Assembly: GCA_028534125.1 (NCBI GenBank)
Contig: CM052816.1
Coordinates: 10,294,001-10,358,000 of the forward strand
DNA length: 64,000 bases
Direction of reading: 5' to 3'
Source: Lama glama
Lineage: Eukaryota
Shown here piece after piece: positions 1 through 13,559 of this stretch (the stretch's first letter is position 1; each line of letters opens with the position of its first letter). The notes beneath the pieces are model-generated. The model was not told the origin of the DNA, did no database searches, and was given only the letters and a program-made list of their open reading frames with translations. The position numbers and the translations under genes are program-made.

Positions 1-1239
1 GGGGCCTCGGTTCCAATCTCTCCCTCTTTGGTGAGGACCAAACAGACTCCTTTCTTATCGTCCCAGAGCTTTAAAATCCAACCCCTTGGTTACCAAGATG
101 GGCAAATTCCCATAAGGCAGCCAACATGTCAGCTCTTCTGCTTATTTCTGTTTGCAGTTCCTATGTTTTTGCCCCTAACTGTGCATTTATATATTTTATA
201 TTGGAAAGGTTAGGTTATCTCATCTACTGTATTGCTGTCCTCATCATTATGAACATCATTATAAACCAATTATTTTATGGTTTTAAAAAACTGTCCTTTG
301 ACTTGACCCTGGATAACTGAAAGTTTATATTAATTCTGATAAAATCAATTTATTTCTTCCTTTGTTACGTGATTGAGGGACTCATTGGTGTTAGGGATTA
401 ATTTTCTGTGCTAAAATTATAGATTAATTCAAATCCTTAATTTAATTTTGAATTTCAAGATGGGATTTATGACCACGTGTAGCTGTATCAGTTCCAGCTG
501 TATCCCACCACTCACTTGGCTCTATGAGCTTGGTCAAGTAACAGAGATTCATTGTGTCTCCTTTTTGTCTTTGTGAAAAGGGCCATAATAATAGTATTAA
601 TCTCAGCAGCTTGTTATGAGAATTACGTAACGGATGTAAAACATTTAGAAAAAGTCTTGGGACGTAGCACTTAGTAATTGCACTTGTCATTGTTCTTACT
701 GTTACTATCTGTAGAAGCGGTATAGTAATCATATAGTCATTTCTGAGGATGTGTTCATTGGTGCTACTTTGTGTTCACGCTACTTTGTGTTCATGGCTTT
801 AATCCAAGTAAATTAACTTCAGATTTTTTTCACTCTGATTTTCCTGTCTAAAACCTTTAGGAGTGTTTTCAAGAGTTTGAGTCATCATTCTCATTATGGT
901 AACATGTTAAGGCAATCCTTGATGTGGGATTTCTTCTATAGTTTCTAATTACTTAGATCTTTCCACCCTTCCTAAGGAATCTTGTACTTATTCTTTAATT
1001 TAGCTTGTATTTCTGAACTAGCTTTGAGGCTCTGCTTTGTTCCAGATGTTCTTTCCATTCTGTTTAATAATTTTTTCCATTTTGAGCCATTTATTTTGTG
1101 AGTTAGGTCTTTCTGGCTAGTCGTTAACAATAATGATCAAGTTGCATCAATCCTAAGAATTATCTCAAAAATATACATGCAAGCTTTCAGGTAAGAGTAT
1201 CTCCTTCAGAACTCATTTTGACTTCCCTTTTGAAATGCC

Positions 1240-2100
1240 ATTATTTTAACTTTATCTCTTGAAATGATTATAGGTTCACCGGAAGTTGCAAAAAATGGTA
1301 CATAGAGTTCTTTGAATGAAGTTCTTTTGCTCAGCTTTCATCAGTGGTCACACCTTATATAACAGAAGTGCAATACCAAAACCAGAAAACTAACATTGGT
1401 GCAGTAATGTTCACTAGGTGGTAGGGACTCATTCACATTTCACTGTGTGTGTGTGTGTGTGTGGTTCTATGCAGTTTTTACTCCATGCACATTCATATAA
1501 TTATCATGATGCATAATACAGAATTGTTCCGTCACTACAAAGGAACTCCCTCTGGCGACCACTGTATTGTCTACCTACCTCATTCCTGTCCCCTGGCATC
1601 CACCAATCTATTTTCTAACTCTGTAGTTTTGTCATTTTGAGGATGTATTGCATAGTATGTCATTTTATGAAATTATTTTTGTTCATTAGTTAGAATGCCC
1701 TTAAGATCCATCCTAGTTTTTCATCTATCAATAATTTGACCCTTTTTATTGATGTGTAGTATTGAATCATGTGGATGTACCAGGCTTTATTTATCCCTTC
1801 ACTTATTGAAGGACATTTGGGTTGTTTCTACGTTTTGGCTATGAGGACTAGAACTGCTATGAACATTCCCATACAAGTTTTTGTAGGAACATTGTTTTCA
1901 TTTTTTTAGGATAAATGCCCAAGAGGACAATTGCCAAGTTGAATAGTTAATGCATGCTTAGTTTTTTTTTAATTGAAATATAATTGACATACAATGTGAT
2001 GTTAATACGTATGTAGTCTTTTAGGAAACTGCCATATTAGTTCCTGGAGTAACTGTACATTCCAGTAACAGTGTATGAGAGGACTCCCACTTCTGATACA
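1240..2100 (-). mobile_element. Old L1M (L1MC/MD-like) 3' fragment
   Basis: ttataggttcaccggaagttgcaaaaaatggtacatagagttc ... gaaggacatttgggttgtttc ... ggaaactgcca are typical antisense L1M 3' motifs. Confidence 0.75.
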
Positions 2101-2159
2101 ATGATATTTGCTCCTTTAAGAAACCTCTGAAAATCCAGATTTTAAAAAATAAAGGACTT

Positions 2160-2500
2160 TTCTGGTGGTGAAAACGTTCTCCATTTAGATTGGGGTAATG
2201 GATGTTCAACTCAATATACTAAAATATACTAAAAACCCCACTGAATTGGATACCTAATTTTTTTTATTCAAGTATAGTCAGTTTACAATGTTGTGTCAGT
2301 TTCTGGTGTCAAGCATGTTTCAGTCATACATATATGCATATACATGTATTCCTTTTCCTATTCTTTTTCATTAGAGGTTACTACAAGATATTGAATATAG
2401 TTCCCTGTGCTATACAGTATAAGCTTGTTTGAATTGGGTACTTTAAATGGTGAACTTCATGGTGTATGAGTTATATCTCAATGAAGATGATAAAAAAAAT
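2160..2500 (+). mobile_element. Old L1M (L1MB-like) 3' end, interrupted by a younger L1
   Basis: atatactaaaaaccccactgaattg ... tactttaaatggtgaacttcatggtgtatgagttatatctcaat followed by an A-rich tail. Confidence 0.7.
2256..2429 (-). mobile_element. Young cetartiodactyl/camelid L1 3' end
   Basis: T-tract plus ttcaagtatagtcagtttacaatgttgtgtcagtttctgg...gttccctgtgctatacag; degenerate 14-bp TSD. Confidence 0.85.
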
Positions 2501-5500
2501 AAAAGGGTATTACAAAAAGAGTTCTAATTATATTACAAAAAAATCTTACCCCTTCACTAAATTTCTAGCACTTAATAAGAATTTACCAAGTGGCAGGCAT
2601 TACATGTAATGCTTTACAGTATCTACATCAACTCCTGACCCGTCTACTATGTCACTTAACCATTGCCAACATCTGCATCCTTTTCTGTAGTAAAATTACC
2701 TCCCTTTGTGAGGTTTAAATGAAATAATGCATATAAAAGGATTTAGAATGCTGCCTGTCTACTATCATCATCCTCATTATTAAATTCATGAAAAGACATT
2801 TTCCTCTTAGCAGTTCATGACTGCCCGGTAACAGTGTTACGAGAAAGTGAACCATGTGTATGAATAAAAGATGACATATTTTCCCATTGTATGTCCAGGA
2901 AGGCAAGGGAAACAGCTGACACTTAATGATCACCCACTCTGCAGCAGTCACTGTGTTTACTAGTCACTGTTCTGCACATTTAATCCAAACATTGCTCTGT
3001 GACAGCAGTAGTACTGTCCCCACATAATAGAAGAGGAAACAATGCAAGAAGCTTAAGAAAAATTTCCAGTTTTATAGATTTCCCAGTCTCATAAAAGCAA
3101 GTATTTGATGTAACCAGGTTAGAAAACCTGGTCTGTGTCCCAAGTTCATGTTTTTCTATTTTTCCAGATAAAAGGAATTGACATAAATTAGACTTTTCTT
3201 CCAACACTGCAATTAACTGAGGGTATTGAAGTCCTTGTAGCTTTTTCTCTCCTCTTTATACAGAAACTAATATTTAGCGTGTCTGAGGTTGTAGGTCTTT
3301 AAAATATTTAAAATACATTTTTGGAAGAAATTTGAAGGTCTTTATGAGAGTTCAGAAAGAGCCCCAAGGTTTCATTTAACCTGAATTCCCAACTTTTTTT
3401 TTTGGAGCTTGAATCAAAGTGAGAATGTAAAAAAGCAGAACTGCTGGTGGGAAAGCCCATGGTCAGAAACACTAAGAAGAAGTGAGATTCCAAAGAGGCA
3501 AAGCACCCCCTACCCACTTAATTAAAAAACAAAAAAAGGAATTCCAAGCTAAGAAGGGAAGAAAATTGTTTGCAATAATATGGCAGCGAAACCCTTTCTC
3601 GGGGTTATTCACTCATGGATTAGTCTTTGTGTCCTTTCTCTTTCTTCTCCAAACTCCTTTCTCTTTAGAAACTGCCAAGTGTTGTAATGGAAGCAAAGAC
3701 AGGGACTGTCATGTCAGCCAGTTTATGGAGGAAAAACAACAGAGAGAAGCTGCTTCTTTGTAGTGAGCCTCAAAGACTGTGCCTTAGGTTTTTGGAGGAA
3801 CTTGGCTGCAGGTTTCTACTGGAAAGAAACAAGGATTTGGAATTTCACTTGGAAAACTTAGGTCTTCTTGATTTCTGGATCAACACAGGAGTGGAATCCC
3901 AGTGAGCGCTCTTGCATTAATGTGAGACAGATCTTTGGATAAGAACCCACTGATTGATTCCCAGGGCTTTAAGTGTCCAGCTTCATGTGCTGGCATATTA
4001 CAACTTATTTTATTTTCCTTTATTTTATTTATTTTTGTATGAGCAGGAGAAACAAAATCTGGTTCCCGTATGATTGAAAAAACAAAACCGAACAGTCTTG
4101 GGTTGGGTTAGGAAGTTCTCTGAACCATGAAAGATGACCTCAAAACTGGCTGAAAAACCCAACAAGAATGAAAAATAGCATGTTGTGATTTCCAGAAGGA
4201 TGCTGGCGAGATCGACCTCAGACGCATTTCATTTTGCATTGTTATTAATGGCTTGGGAAAAGGCTGTAAACCCATTATGGCAATTGTATCTGCAGATGAG
4301 GGTAAATGGAATGGCGTTATAGACACTAGTGAGGAAGAGACATAGTACAGAGCAACCTAGAGAGATTAGAAATTTGGACAGGAAATGAACAAATGAGATC
4401 AGCCTGGGAAAGTAGGAACATGCATCTGGAGAAATAAATAATTTGAAAAACAGAGAGGTACTTAAGGGAAGGGTCATGCTTGGAAAGCAACAATGGTAAA
4501 TAGGCTTTTGAGCAGATATCAGTCTTGGGTGTTTGTGACATGATGGAAAAATAATACTAAGGTCTGGTGTTTAGATGGCCTTTTGGAGTGTATTCTTTTC
4601 AGACAAGGGCATTTCCATTATCTCATTTGATCATTGGCCCAGAGAGGTTGAAAGCAAATAATTTATTCTCCATTAAAGAGATAAGGACAGGTTAGGTGAA
4701 TTGCTTAAGGTCAAACAATTGGTTCATAGGATAAACTCTGCTAAGACTTGGATCTCTTGACTCCCTTATTTTTTTTCTCTTTTCACTACTACACCTTGTC
4801 ATTATGTTTTGGATCTCAGAATAGTAATTGCGTCTGGTTCAGTAGTCTACTCATCTCTCTCTGATACTGTGCACAATTTTATTTCACCTGAGACTGAGCT
4901 TTGATCAGGGCATGAACCCCACCTTCCCCCCCACCCCTGTATTTCTGGGATGAAGGAGGCAGTCTGTAATGGATGGTGGATCTCTGGATTAGGATCTCTA
5001 AGGGTGTCACAACTTGAGGATTAGGGGTAGGCAAACCAGATGCCTTCTCTAGTATCATGTGTTTCAGCTGTAGGACTGTGTGGGTTGATTGCTTATGGTC
5101 TCATGGAACTGCTCTCTTTGAAGATCAAAAAAAAAAAAAAAAGAATGAAGCTAGTGCAAATAGACAATCAAAGACAGAGACCCAGAAGCCTGAGAGCTGG
5201 CAGGGGAAGGGGAGACATCTCGGCACAATTATGTGTGACACACGGACTGTGAACACTTATTAGCATATGGCGAGCAGGCTGATTTATGTTGTCAAGAATC
5301 ACCTTTGCAAAACTTACCTCCATCTCGTCTCTTTGAGTGCCTATCTTAATGACTATCATTTTTTTCTTTCCCTTGGTAGAGCTGTGTGAGTTTCAGGGCA
5401 TCCTCATCTGCCCTTTTATGTGGGCTTCAGGCAGGAATTACAAGATGTCTTTTGCGGTTCTGCCAAGGTCACAACGGCCCCCTTTTCTCTGAGTAGCGCC

Positions 5501-6099
5501 TCTGTATCTGCATGCATGGGCTCCTTGCAGCCATGTTTATGTCCTGATTCCTCCATCCCTTCTTCAAGGGTTATTGGATTGTAGGGTAACAGTGGACTCA
5601 AACAGAGCCAGCTCTTTCCAGTTGGGAGTTGGAACCAAGAGATACTCCTTTTATTCTCTCGATGTGATGAGAACAAAGAAATACGGAGTGACCAAATGTT
5701 TAGAAAAAATATGTAGGTAATGTAAATAGAGGCTAGTGAATGACCATGACTCCCCAGGAGGTGAAAGAGACAGCAGCTGACATATCTCGATTCCAGCCTG
5801 GCTGGATGCTTACACATGAGTCTTTTTAATACAGTACCCACCCCCACCCCCCCACCCCTGCCCACCAGCTTTTAAAAATTGTTTTGCTAAGATTGTCTTT
5901 AACTTCTAGACAAGATGTTTTCACCAAGGGTCAACTGAATTGATACCCTGTTAACATGCAAATGAGCCTACCCAAAACGTTCTCCACCGCAGCCAACCTG
6001 TTGGCCCTTCAGGATTCTGCTCCAAGTAGGGTTTATATTTGGTTTGAGTTCGTGCATGTATGTGTGTGTGCATGCATGTATATAGGTAGGTTGGTATGT

Positions 6100-6830
6100 A
6101 TTCATCTGAGGCAATTATCTAAGACACATCTCGAGTGCCTTTACCTGTGTGCTAGGTCCCGTGCTGGCAGTGGGGATACGGTAGTGAATAGTCAGAGCCC
6201 TGCCCTCAAGGAGCCCTACCCTCATCCTTTTGAGAATCTGAAGATGAAGATGGCCAAGAAAACAGGTAGTCGTTACACAGACTGTCAGCGCAGTGCTGGA
6301 AGTTGGCAGAGGCTCAGGGAAGCACCGGGGGTCCCTGGATAGGTGTCAGGGAAAACTTTCTGGAAGAGAGAGTGCCTGAACTGAGTCTTTGAGGAGTGTT
6401 TGGAGATTCCCAAGTTAAGAGGGACGATGATTTCAGGGGGAAGGTACAACACGAACAAGCACTTGGAGGCAAGAAACAACATGATGTGAGAGGAACTCCT
6501 GGTTCCTAGGGTCACGGGAACATAAAGTACATCTGGAGTGAGGGGAGATGAAGCCACAGAGATGAGCAGAGAGGCCACATGTGGGGAGTTTTGTTCATCA
6601 TATGAGGAATCTTAGGCTTTAACCTGAGGGTGCTGGGGAGTGGTTGGAGACTCCCACACAGGTAAATGAGGAAGTGATGTTTCAGATGAGACCAGAATAA
6701 TGATAAGGGCCCAGACTGGTTGAGGTTGATCCAGGCAGAGGGAGCAGACAGTGCAAAAGCACAAGATCTGTAAGGCTCTGGTTTCTGGTTAAAGACCAGG
6801 TGAAGCGAGGTATCACCAGCCGAGCTACTA
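6100..6830 (-). mobile_element. L2 3' fragment
   Basis: gagtgcctttacctgtgtgctaggtcccgtgctggcagtggggatacggtagtgaat...ccctgccctcaaggagc, the antisense L2 3' pattern. Confidence 0.7.
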
Positions 6831-6879
6831 AATGTGGGAGACAGTGCAGAAGGTTCTGGAATCTATGTTGAGTGTTCCT

Positions 6880-7285
6880 GTCTCTCTAGGAATCAGATCG
6901 TAAGACGTAGTAACATGCAGAAGGTTTTCTGTGGGTCGCTCTTGAGATCAGCACCAGTGGACGGGAAGGGAAAGGAAGGAGAGGAAGCAGAACTGGGTGG
7001 AGGGAGAATGCAGCCCCAGCCGCTGACCCTGCCGGGAGGTCTGCAGACAGGATAAACCTTCAGCTCTGACCTGAGTGGGACTAAGAGGGCCAGGCCTCAA
7101 CTCTTCATTGGTTTCATTGGATGTGGGCCACCCTGCAAAGCAGTGCCATCTTGGGCAAGGTGGACCACCTCAGCTGCAGCCACGTGCAAAGGGGGCTGAC
7201 AAATGAGAGATTCTGCTGGGGCCCTCGAGTAGCTGGGATCATAAGCCCTTTACTCCCGAAGGGGGATCTGGGTGGTCACCACAGG
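6880..7285 (-). mobile_element. Ancient ERV-L-class solo LTR (subfamily uncertain)
   Basis: Resembles the LTR end at 10428-10540 (gctcttgagatcagcacc...gggaagggaaaggaaggagaggaagcagaactggg). Confidence 0.55.
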
Positions 7286-7669
7286 GTCCACTGCAGTGGG
7301 GTGGGGGTGCCTGTGGCTCACTCAGGTGGAGACGCCCTCTATGCTGTTGGATGAATGAGCTTGCAGCTGAGACAAGCGGTCTGTCCTGAGATAAGGGTTG
7401 GGACGCAGTATCACATCAATGATGAGAATGCTTGACCTTTATGGAGTCATGCACCCTTTTGAGAATCTGAAGAAAACTAGAGATTCACCCTCCCCAGGAA
7501 AAAATGTGCCCAAATAATTATACACCCACAGAATTTGTTCGGCTTTCTTTGGACTGGGTTCACTCCCTAACACTCTGCATCCTGGGCAACATCATGCAAT
7601 GTTTTAATTGATCAGATTAATCAGTCCAGTGTCTTGGAGCATTCACAGGCTATTAGATACTGTCCCTTA

Positions 7670-7805
7670 CTTCACCTAATCCTCTTTCCATTAAGTTAAC
7701 CATATCGCCCCATTTTACAGAGGAGGAGACTGAGTTTAGATGAACTTGTCCAGGGCACTATTGTTAGTGGGCACCACATGGCTTAGAACTGCAGTCTGTG
7801 TGACA
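7670..7805 (-). mobile_element. MIR
   Basis: cccattttacagaggaggagactgag MIR core. Confidence 0.7.
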
Positions 7806-9276
7806 AGCAGAGTTGGATTCCATTTCTGAGCTCTCTAGAGGGCTCTCTGTGTGCCCACTTGGGCACACTCAGGGTAACAGTGATTCTTGCCAAGCGGAGA
7901 GAAAAGCCAGCGGCCCCAGGGACCAGTCAAGCAGGTTTCTGGATACCAACCTCCAGCAGCCATCAAGGTACAGAGACTGACTGTTGGGGAAGGAGAATAC
8001 ACTGCTGGCATCAGGCAGACGGCTCCAGAGTGCAGGGTGGGGGGCCGCTGGCCAAGGCTTCCAGGGTCAAGTTAGCTTGAGGATGGCCCAATGGTCAGAG
8101 GAGTTTTGGTGGGGGCGGTGGGGGGAGCACTGCCAGTCCCTCGCTCTGTCCCTGATGATGGGCAGTTGGCTGCCTCAGATATTTTTCTCTTGTGTGGATG
8201 TTGTCATGGAGAATAGAGAGCCTCCCTGTGTTCTCAAGTTCATTGGCTACTTAGTTTCTATCTTACTTGAAAAAAAACGTCATATGAGTGTTATTAGCTC
8301 TGTCCTTCCAAGAGTCTTTACCACCTTTTTATACTAGTGAATGAGATGTCAGTTAGCAAGACCATAGTAAATTTGTCATCAAAGAGTTAACGAGTCAAAT
8401 CAGCCTTCTGTGGCAAACATAGTTTCTACCCTTATCTGAGTAGGATCTTTAAGGCAAACTTTGTGTCCTTGTCCCTTAAATCTACTCCTACAGGTGATTT
8501 CCAGGGCTCCTGTTTGGAAAAAGAAAGTGGTCCCCATTTTAACTAGTTTTAATTAAAGCTGAGTCAGAGATGTGTGGGTGTTTATAATAATTGTTTTCCA
8601 TAGTGGCATTAGCTTAAAACTCTCACTATAAGGGAACCACTGTTCTATTAACCATGTTGTTATATGTTATTTTTCGTCATGCAGCAGAGACTCCCCATGA
8701 AATGCACAAACCCAGCAGGTGTCAATAACAAAATGTGTTATCTCTGTCCTGAGCAATACTTGGAGTTTTTGGAGGTCACTGTCAATTATTTGTGGCTATG
8801 AAGTGATGAAAACAGCACTTGGTTAGTCTTAAAACTATGCATTAATTAATTATGCGTATCTTTTTGGAAGATGCTCAGTATCCCGTACTCTTAAGTCCAG
8901 AAAGTCCTTATCTGCTTTGGTAGGTGATCACAGCAGGGAGGCAGGATTAGGATTTGACTGAGTCCTTGGTTGGTCAGGGGTTCTCCTCGTTTTATCCTCA
9001 CTGTTACAGGACCTAATTCTTCTAATCACGCTATGCAGTAATGACACACATCAGCAACTCCTTTCAAATGAATCAGTTCCTCTTTGTCCTCTGACCCGTT
9101 CTTTCACGTTTGTGTCAGCATATCCAGTCACCTGTTTTGCTGACCCATTTTACAGATGAGGCAAGCTCAGGTTTTCAGGCTCATTCCAAAGTCAACTTAT
9201 TTGAAATGTATTTGGAAAATCCAAGTTTTCCTCTATTTTAGTCTCAGGTTCCTGCCTCTTATGTTCACTGTCTCCA

Positions 9277-9317
9277 ACAAAACAAAACAAAACAAACAAA
9301 ACAAAACAAAACCAAAC
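9277..9317 (+). repeat. (CAAAA)n simple repeat
   Basis: Seen directly. Confidence 0.85.
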
Positions 9318-10427
9318 CATGAGTACCTGGACCTTCAACAGTAACCAGGTGTTCTACCTGGGGCCAGGTCAGTGATGCTGGGCATCTCAAGGTCTGAAAT
9401 CCAGCATTTCTCTTGGGATCAGTGCGCACAGGTGACTCATCCTACAAAGAAGTGCTCCTTTGTTGACATACCAGTGATGTGAGAGAAGCCTGTTTCCACT
9501 CCCCGCTCCTGAGGGAGTTTGCTCAGGGACACCTGGGACTAGACCCTCAGGCATATGTCTCTGCCATTCCTCCTTCTCTGAAACAACAGCGAGCCAGCCA
9601 GAGGCTGATGGGGCCCTACGGCCCCAGAGCATTTGCTCTGGAAATGCTCTGGCTCCGAGTACAGGAAACAGGAGGGAAAAAACACAAAAGACTTGCAGCC
9701 AGAGTCCCTTCCTGGAGACGAATGGGAAACCTGGAAAATATAAACTGAGGTTGCAGCCTTGCACTTGGGGGTTGGCTTGTTATTTTGAGCCTCCATCCAA
9801 GAGTGAGTCTCACATCCCCCCTCTGGGGGGTGAACTGCTGCTCTGGACCCAGAGAGGTCTGAATCCAATCACATGTGTTTCCATTCAGCCCAAAGGTGAA
9901 GCTGACTGCACTTAACCAGAGATCCAGCAGCTCCAGCCCACACTCTCAAACTGGCTTTTAATACAGGGTCAGGCTGTTCTGAGATTCAACCCTGTGCTTT
10001 AGGGCCCAGTGGGGGCGGGCTGGGGAGGAGGTTATAGTTCCCTGGAGATAACTCACTGCTCTCTCAGTTCCGAATAGGCACCAAAGTCGGCTTCGAGATA
10101 CAGAATTTCTAATGCCTGAATAATTCAGTCTCCAAGTGGTCTGATATAAGAAATTCAGGTGACTGTAAGCCACGCAGGTGGCCTAAAAACATGGAAGCCG
10201 ACGCTATGTGAAGGAAGAGGGGGCAGCAGACATTATGGTTCATTGGGAAATACATGTTCTGTCCAGTAACTCTAGCTGGTGGGCACCAAGGTGTATCTAT
10301 GAGCCTAGACTTGTCAAGTTTTCCAATTTTAAAGAAATCTAAATTTGAGTATGCAATCTATACATTTAAAAATCTTGCCTAAATAAAAAAAAGTCACCCC
10401 ATATAGATATAAAGGAGCCTCACTGTT

Positions 10428-11970
10428 GCAGGTTGGGATTCCTGAAAAGCAGATGCCGAGAAGAATAAGATGCAAGAAATTTATTAGGGGGTGTTCTTAG
10501 GATCGACATCGGGGGAAGGGAAAGGAAGGGAAGGACTGTTGGTTCCTTGCATAGCCTCTATGCCTGTCACCATGTCGTGTCGACTCCATCCAGATGCCTA
10601 CTCTGCCAACATTGGGGTGGGTGATGATGGAGGGTGGCTGAAGTCAGCTGCCTGAGTCATTTTGTCTACCTCTTTGTTAAGTGCCTCTCCTGCGATGGTT
10701 GCTCTCTGGAGGGTATCAAGCTATAATATCTTCATTCTTTATGCCCACTCCCGTAGGTCTGCCATGTTCTTCTAGCTAAGCTCTCCTTTCCCTTAGCCTT
10801 TCATCTTTCTCCTTACTGCCAAGAACACTTCAACACTATATATAACCTTGAGCCACGTTTCTTTCAAAGTGGATGCTGAAGTGCATTGTTTGAAGCTCTG
10901 GCCAGTTGGGAAGAGATCTGTTGACCGTTGTCTTTCAGTGCCACCCCTGAGTGGGACTGTCAAGTGCTCACGGCCTATTTTCAGGTTGATCTATAGACCA
11001 AGCCAACCCAACCGGAAGTTAGGCTTCGGTGTTTTCCTCCTCCGTCAGCTGAGCACAGGTGTACACTCACAGAAGGGAACTGGAGCAGCAGTAGTGCATG
11101 ACGTGGGAGATCGGAGCGCCCCTTTGGGTAGTTTACTTATGCCTTGCAGCCCTTCTCATGGTTGATTGGTGCTTGGCCCAACTGATCTTATGACTCGGTG
11201 GGTCTGACAGAACCCAGCTGATGATGGACGTGTCTGGCTGCTTGGACGCTTCATGACGCTGGTCAGGCCTTCCATCTCTCCCAGGGTCCAGCAGCACTCA
11301 AGGACCTGTTTTTCAAATAGTGCCTAATTCTTTGGCTCTGGAGCCCCAGGAGTGTAAACTGTGGTACTCCTGGTGGGACTTCACGACCTTCCCGTGGTGA
11401 CTTTTCCCACCACAGATACTTCCATTGCTGTAGCATCTATTGGGTCTTTGGGCTAAAGGGGCAGGGCTGTTTATGCTGCATCCTGGATCTGCTGCAAAGC
11501 CCTTTCCTGTTCCAGTCACCACTCAGAACTGACAGCCTTTCATGTATAAATGTTGTAAAAGTATTTCCAGATACGGATAAGTTGTCTCTAAAGTCTGATG
11601 GACCTCCCAGGCTTTATGCTTCCTTCTTTGCAAGGGATTTGCCCCATGCAATAATCTGTCCTTTACTTGAGAGGCAGTGTTGTGACCTGCTCATAGCCTC
11701 TGGACTTTTAAAATTTTACAGGTGTCAGGCCCCTGCATCTTTGTAGACTTTATTTTCTACTCTTAAAAAGTTCATGTATCCTTCATTAATGCTCTAGGGT
11801 TCATGGGTCCCACCAAAGCCTTCAATATGCTTGGCACTTCATGCTCATTTTGTCAGATTTGTATGATGTCACCAAAAGAATGTCCTAATGGGATGTTCTT
11901 CAAGATGTCGGGACAGTCTAGATCTTTTGAGACAATATTGTGATGGAAGGATAGTAATTGCCTCCACCTG
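10428..11970 (-). mobile_element. Decayed ERV-L-class provirus fragment: pol (RT C-terminus, RNase H, integrase start) joined to an LTR 3' end
   Basis: Minus-strand translations FHHNIVSKDLDCPDILKNIPLGHSFGDII (~11860-11950; cf. ERV-L LCHNLVRRDLD...LVHYIDDI) and QRATIAGEALNKEVDKMTQAADFSHPPSSPTPMLAE*A ... HGDRHRGYARNQQ (~10540-10710); stops and frameshifts; LTR end with AATAAA on the minus strand. Confidence 0.8.
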
Positions 11971-13559
11971 ATTTCTGCCACCTGCCTTTTGTTTCAGAGT
12001 CCTCGATGAGCCTTGTTCTATGGCTTACTTTCTATCATTAATCTTGACCTAAAAAAAAGCTTACATAATAGTTGCTAAATTTATGCATGCATCATCGAAT
12101 AAATGAATGAAATAAAATTTCATCATTTGTGAATTTATACGAAGTTCAGTCCTCATCACTCCTCAAAAAGCATCCAATTTCAGCTCCCTGGTTTTCTTTA
12201 ATGGGTATTTCAACTGAATGGCACATACAAAAATGGTTTTAGTCAGAAAGGGAGCTAGTCCTGTAGGGAATTGAATGAACATAAGACTCTACCCACAGCT
12301 GACCCTAAATACTGCAAATCAAAATGTTTTACCCTGGAATGCCTTCTTTCCCAATTTCATGCACACCCATAGCTGTGGGAACCTGGGATTTGTTGCTGGA
12401 AAGCGGCACGCAGCAAGAACTTTGGGAAGGCAAAGCCCTCTAAAAATTTCTGAAGTTTAAATAAATGAATCAGATTGTAATATCTCTGTGATCTTCAAGG
12501 CAAAATGGTCACGATTTCTTTCTATGTTAGTGTGAATGTAACGTCACCTGTGTGTCTAACATGTGCTGGGAGACGGAGATAAACACACAGTAATCCATCC
12601 CTGCCTCCCATCCTTACTGCCTAACCCCAGCCAGCGTGGCCATTCCTGGGGTTTTGGAATGAGCTGCCATCAGAGCTTTTGGAGAAGGTCAGAGGCTTTC
12701 AGAATCGTCCTCCACTGAGGAAATGCATGAGAAACTCCATGCAGCAAGAAGCAGGTTTGCATACCTTGCTCATGCTGATAGAAGTTTGATTTGAGAATAA
12801 GCTGTGGGAATACTTTTCTGTGGCTCTCAATTTTTTTTTATTTTTTTTTTCTTTTTGGCTTATGTGTTTCGAGGATAGGATTGTTTGTCAGGTTATTTCT
12901 GTGTATCTAATATGTAAACGTCTAATAATAGCAGGTGAATCACCGCTTTGATTTTCGTTCTGTGATACTGGAAGTATACGACTAAGATTTCCTTTGTTTG
13001 AAAGGTAGGTAAAATGAATGGACCCAAATGACTTATGGGCAGTTCTGAGATTACATGTTTATTCATTCATATTAGAACAGCCTATATATTTCACAAAGGC
13101 CTGGTATGTGGCTTTTGCCCTTGCAAAATGCTTCTGTATTTCTTTGGGGTCTGTGTTTTTCTTCATCCTTCAAATCAGGATCAGGGGGAAATGCTTCCCC
13201 ATATTAATTTAGCAAAATATAAATTTGTTTTTTAAAAAGTAGAACATATTTTTAATAGTCAAAACTGTGTAAATGGCTAAGCACTTATTTTAGATGTTTC
13301 GAAGGTTACAAGGAAGACAGAATATTCTTGGCTTTCCCCTCTATTCAATTTTTTCCCCCATTGATGCTACTCTATTCCAAGCCTTATGAAAGAGCTGGAG
13401 ACGACTGAGATGAATAAGACATGGTCCCTGACACACACGAGTTCAGCAAATAATTATCAGAACATTAAAAATAACAGTAGGAATAGCTGCCATCTAGTTA
13501 ACTTACTTTGTGCTAAGAGCTTTATATGAATAATCTTACTTAATCGTCCATATATTCGC

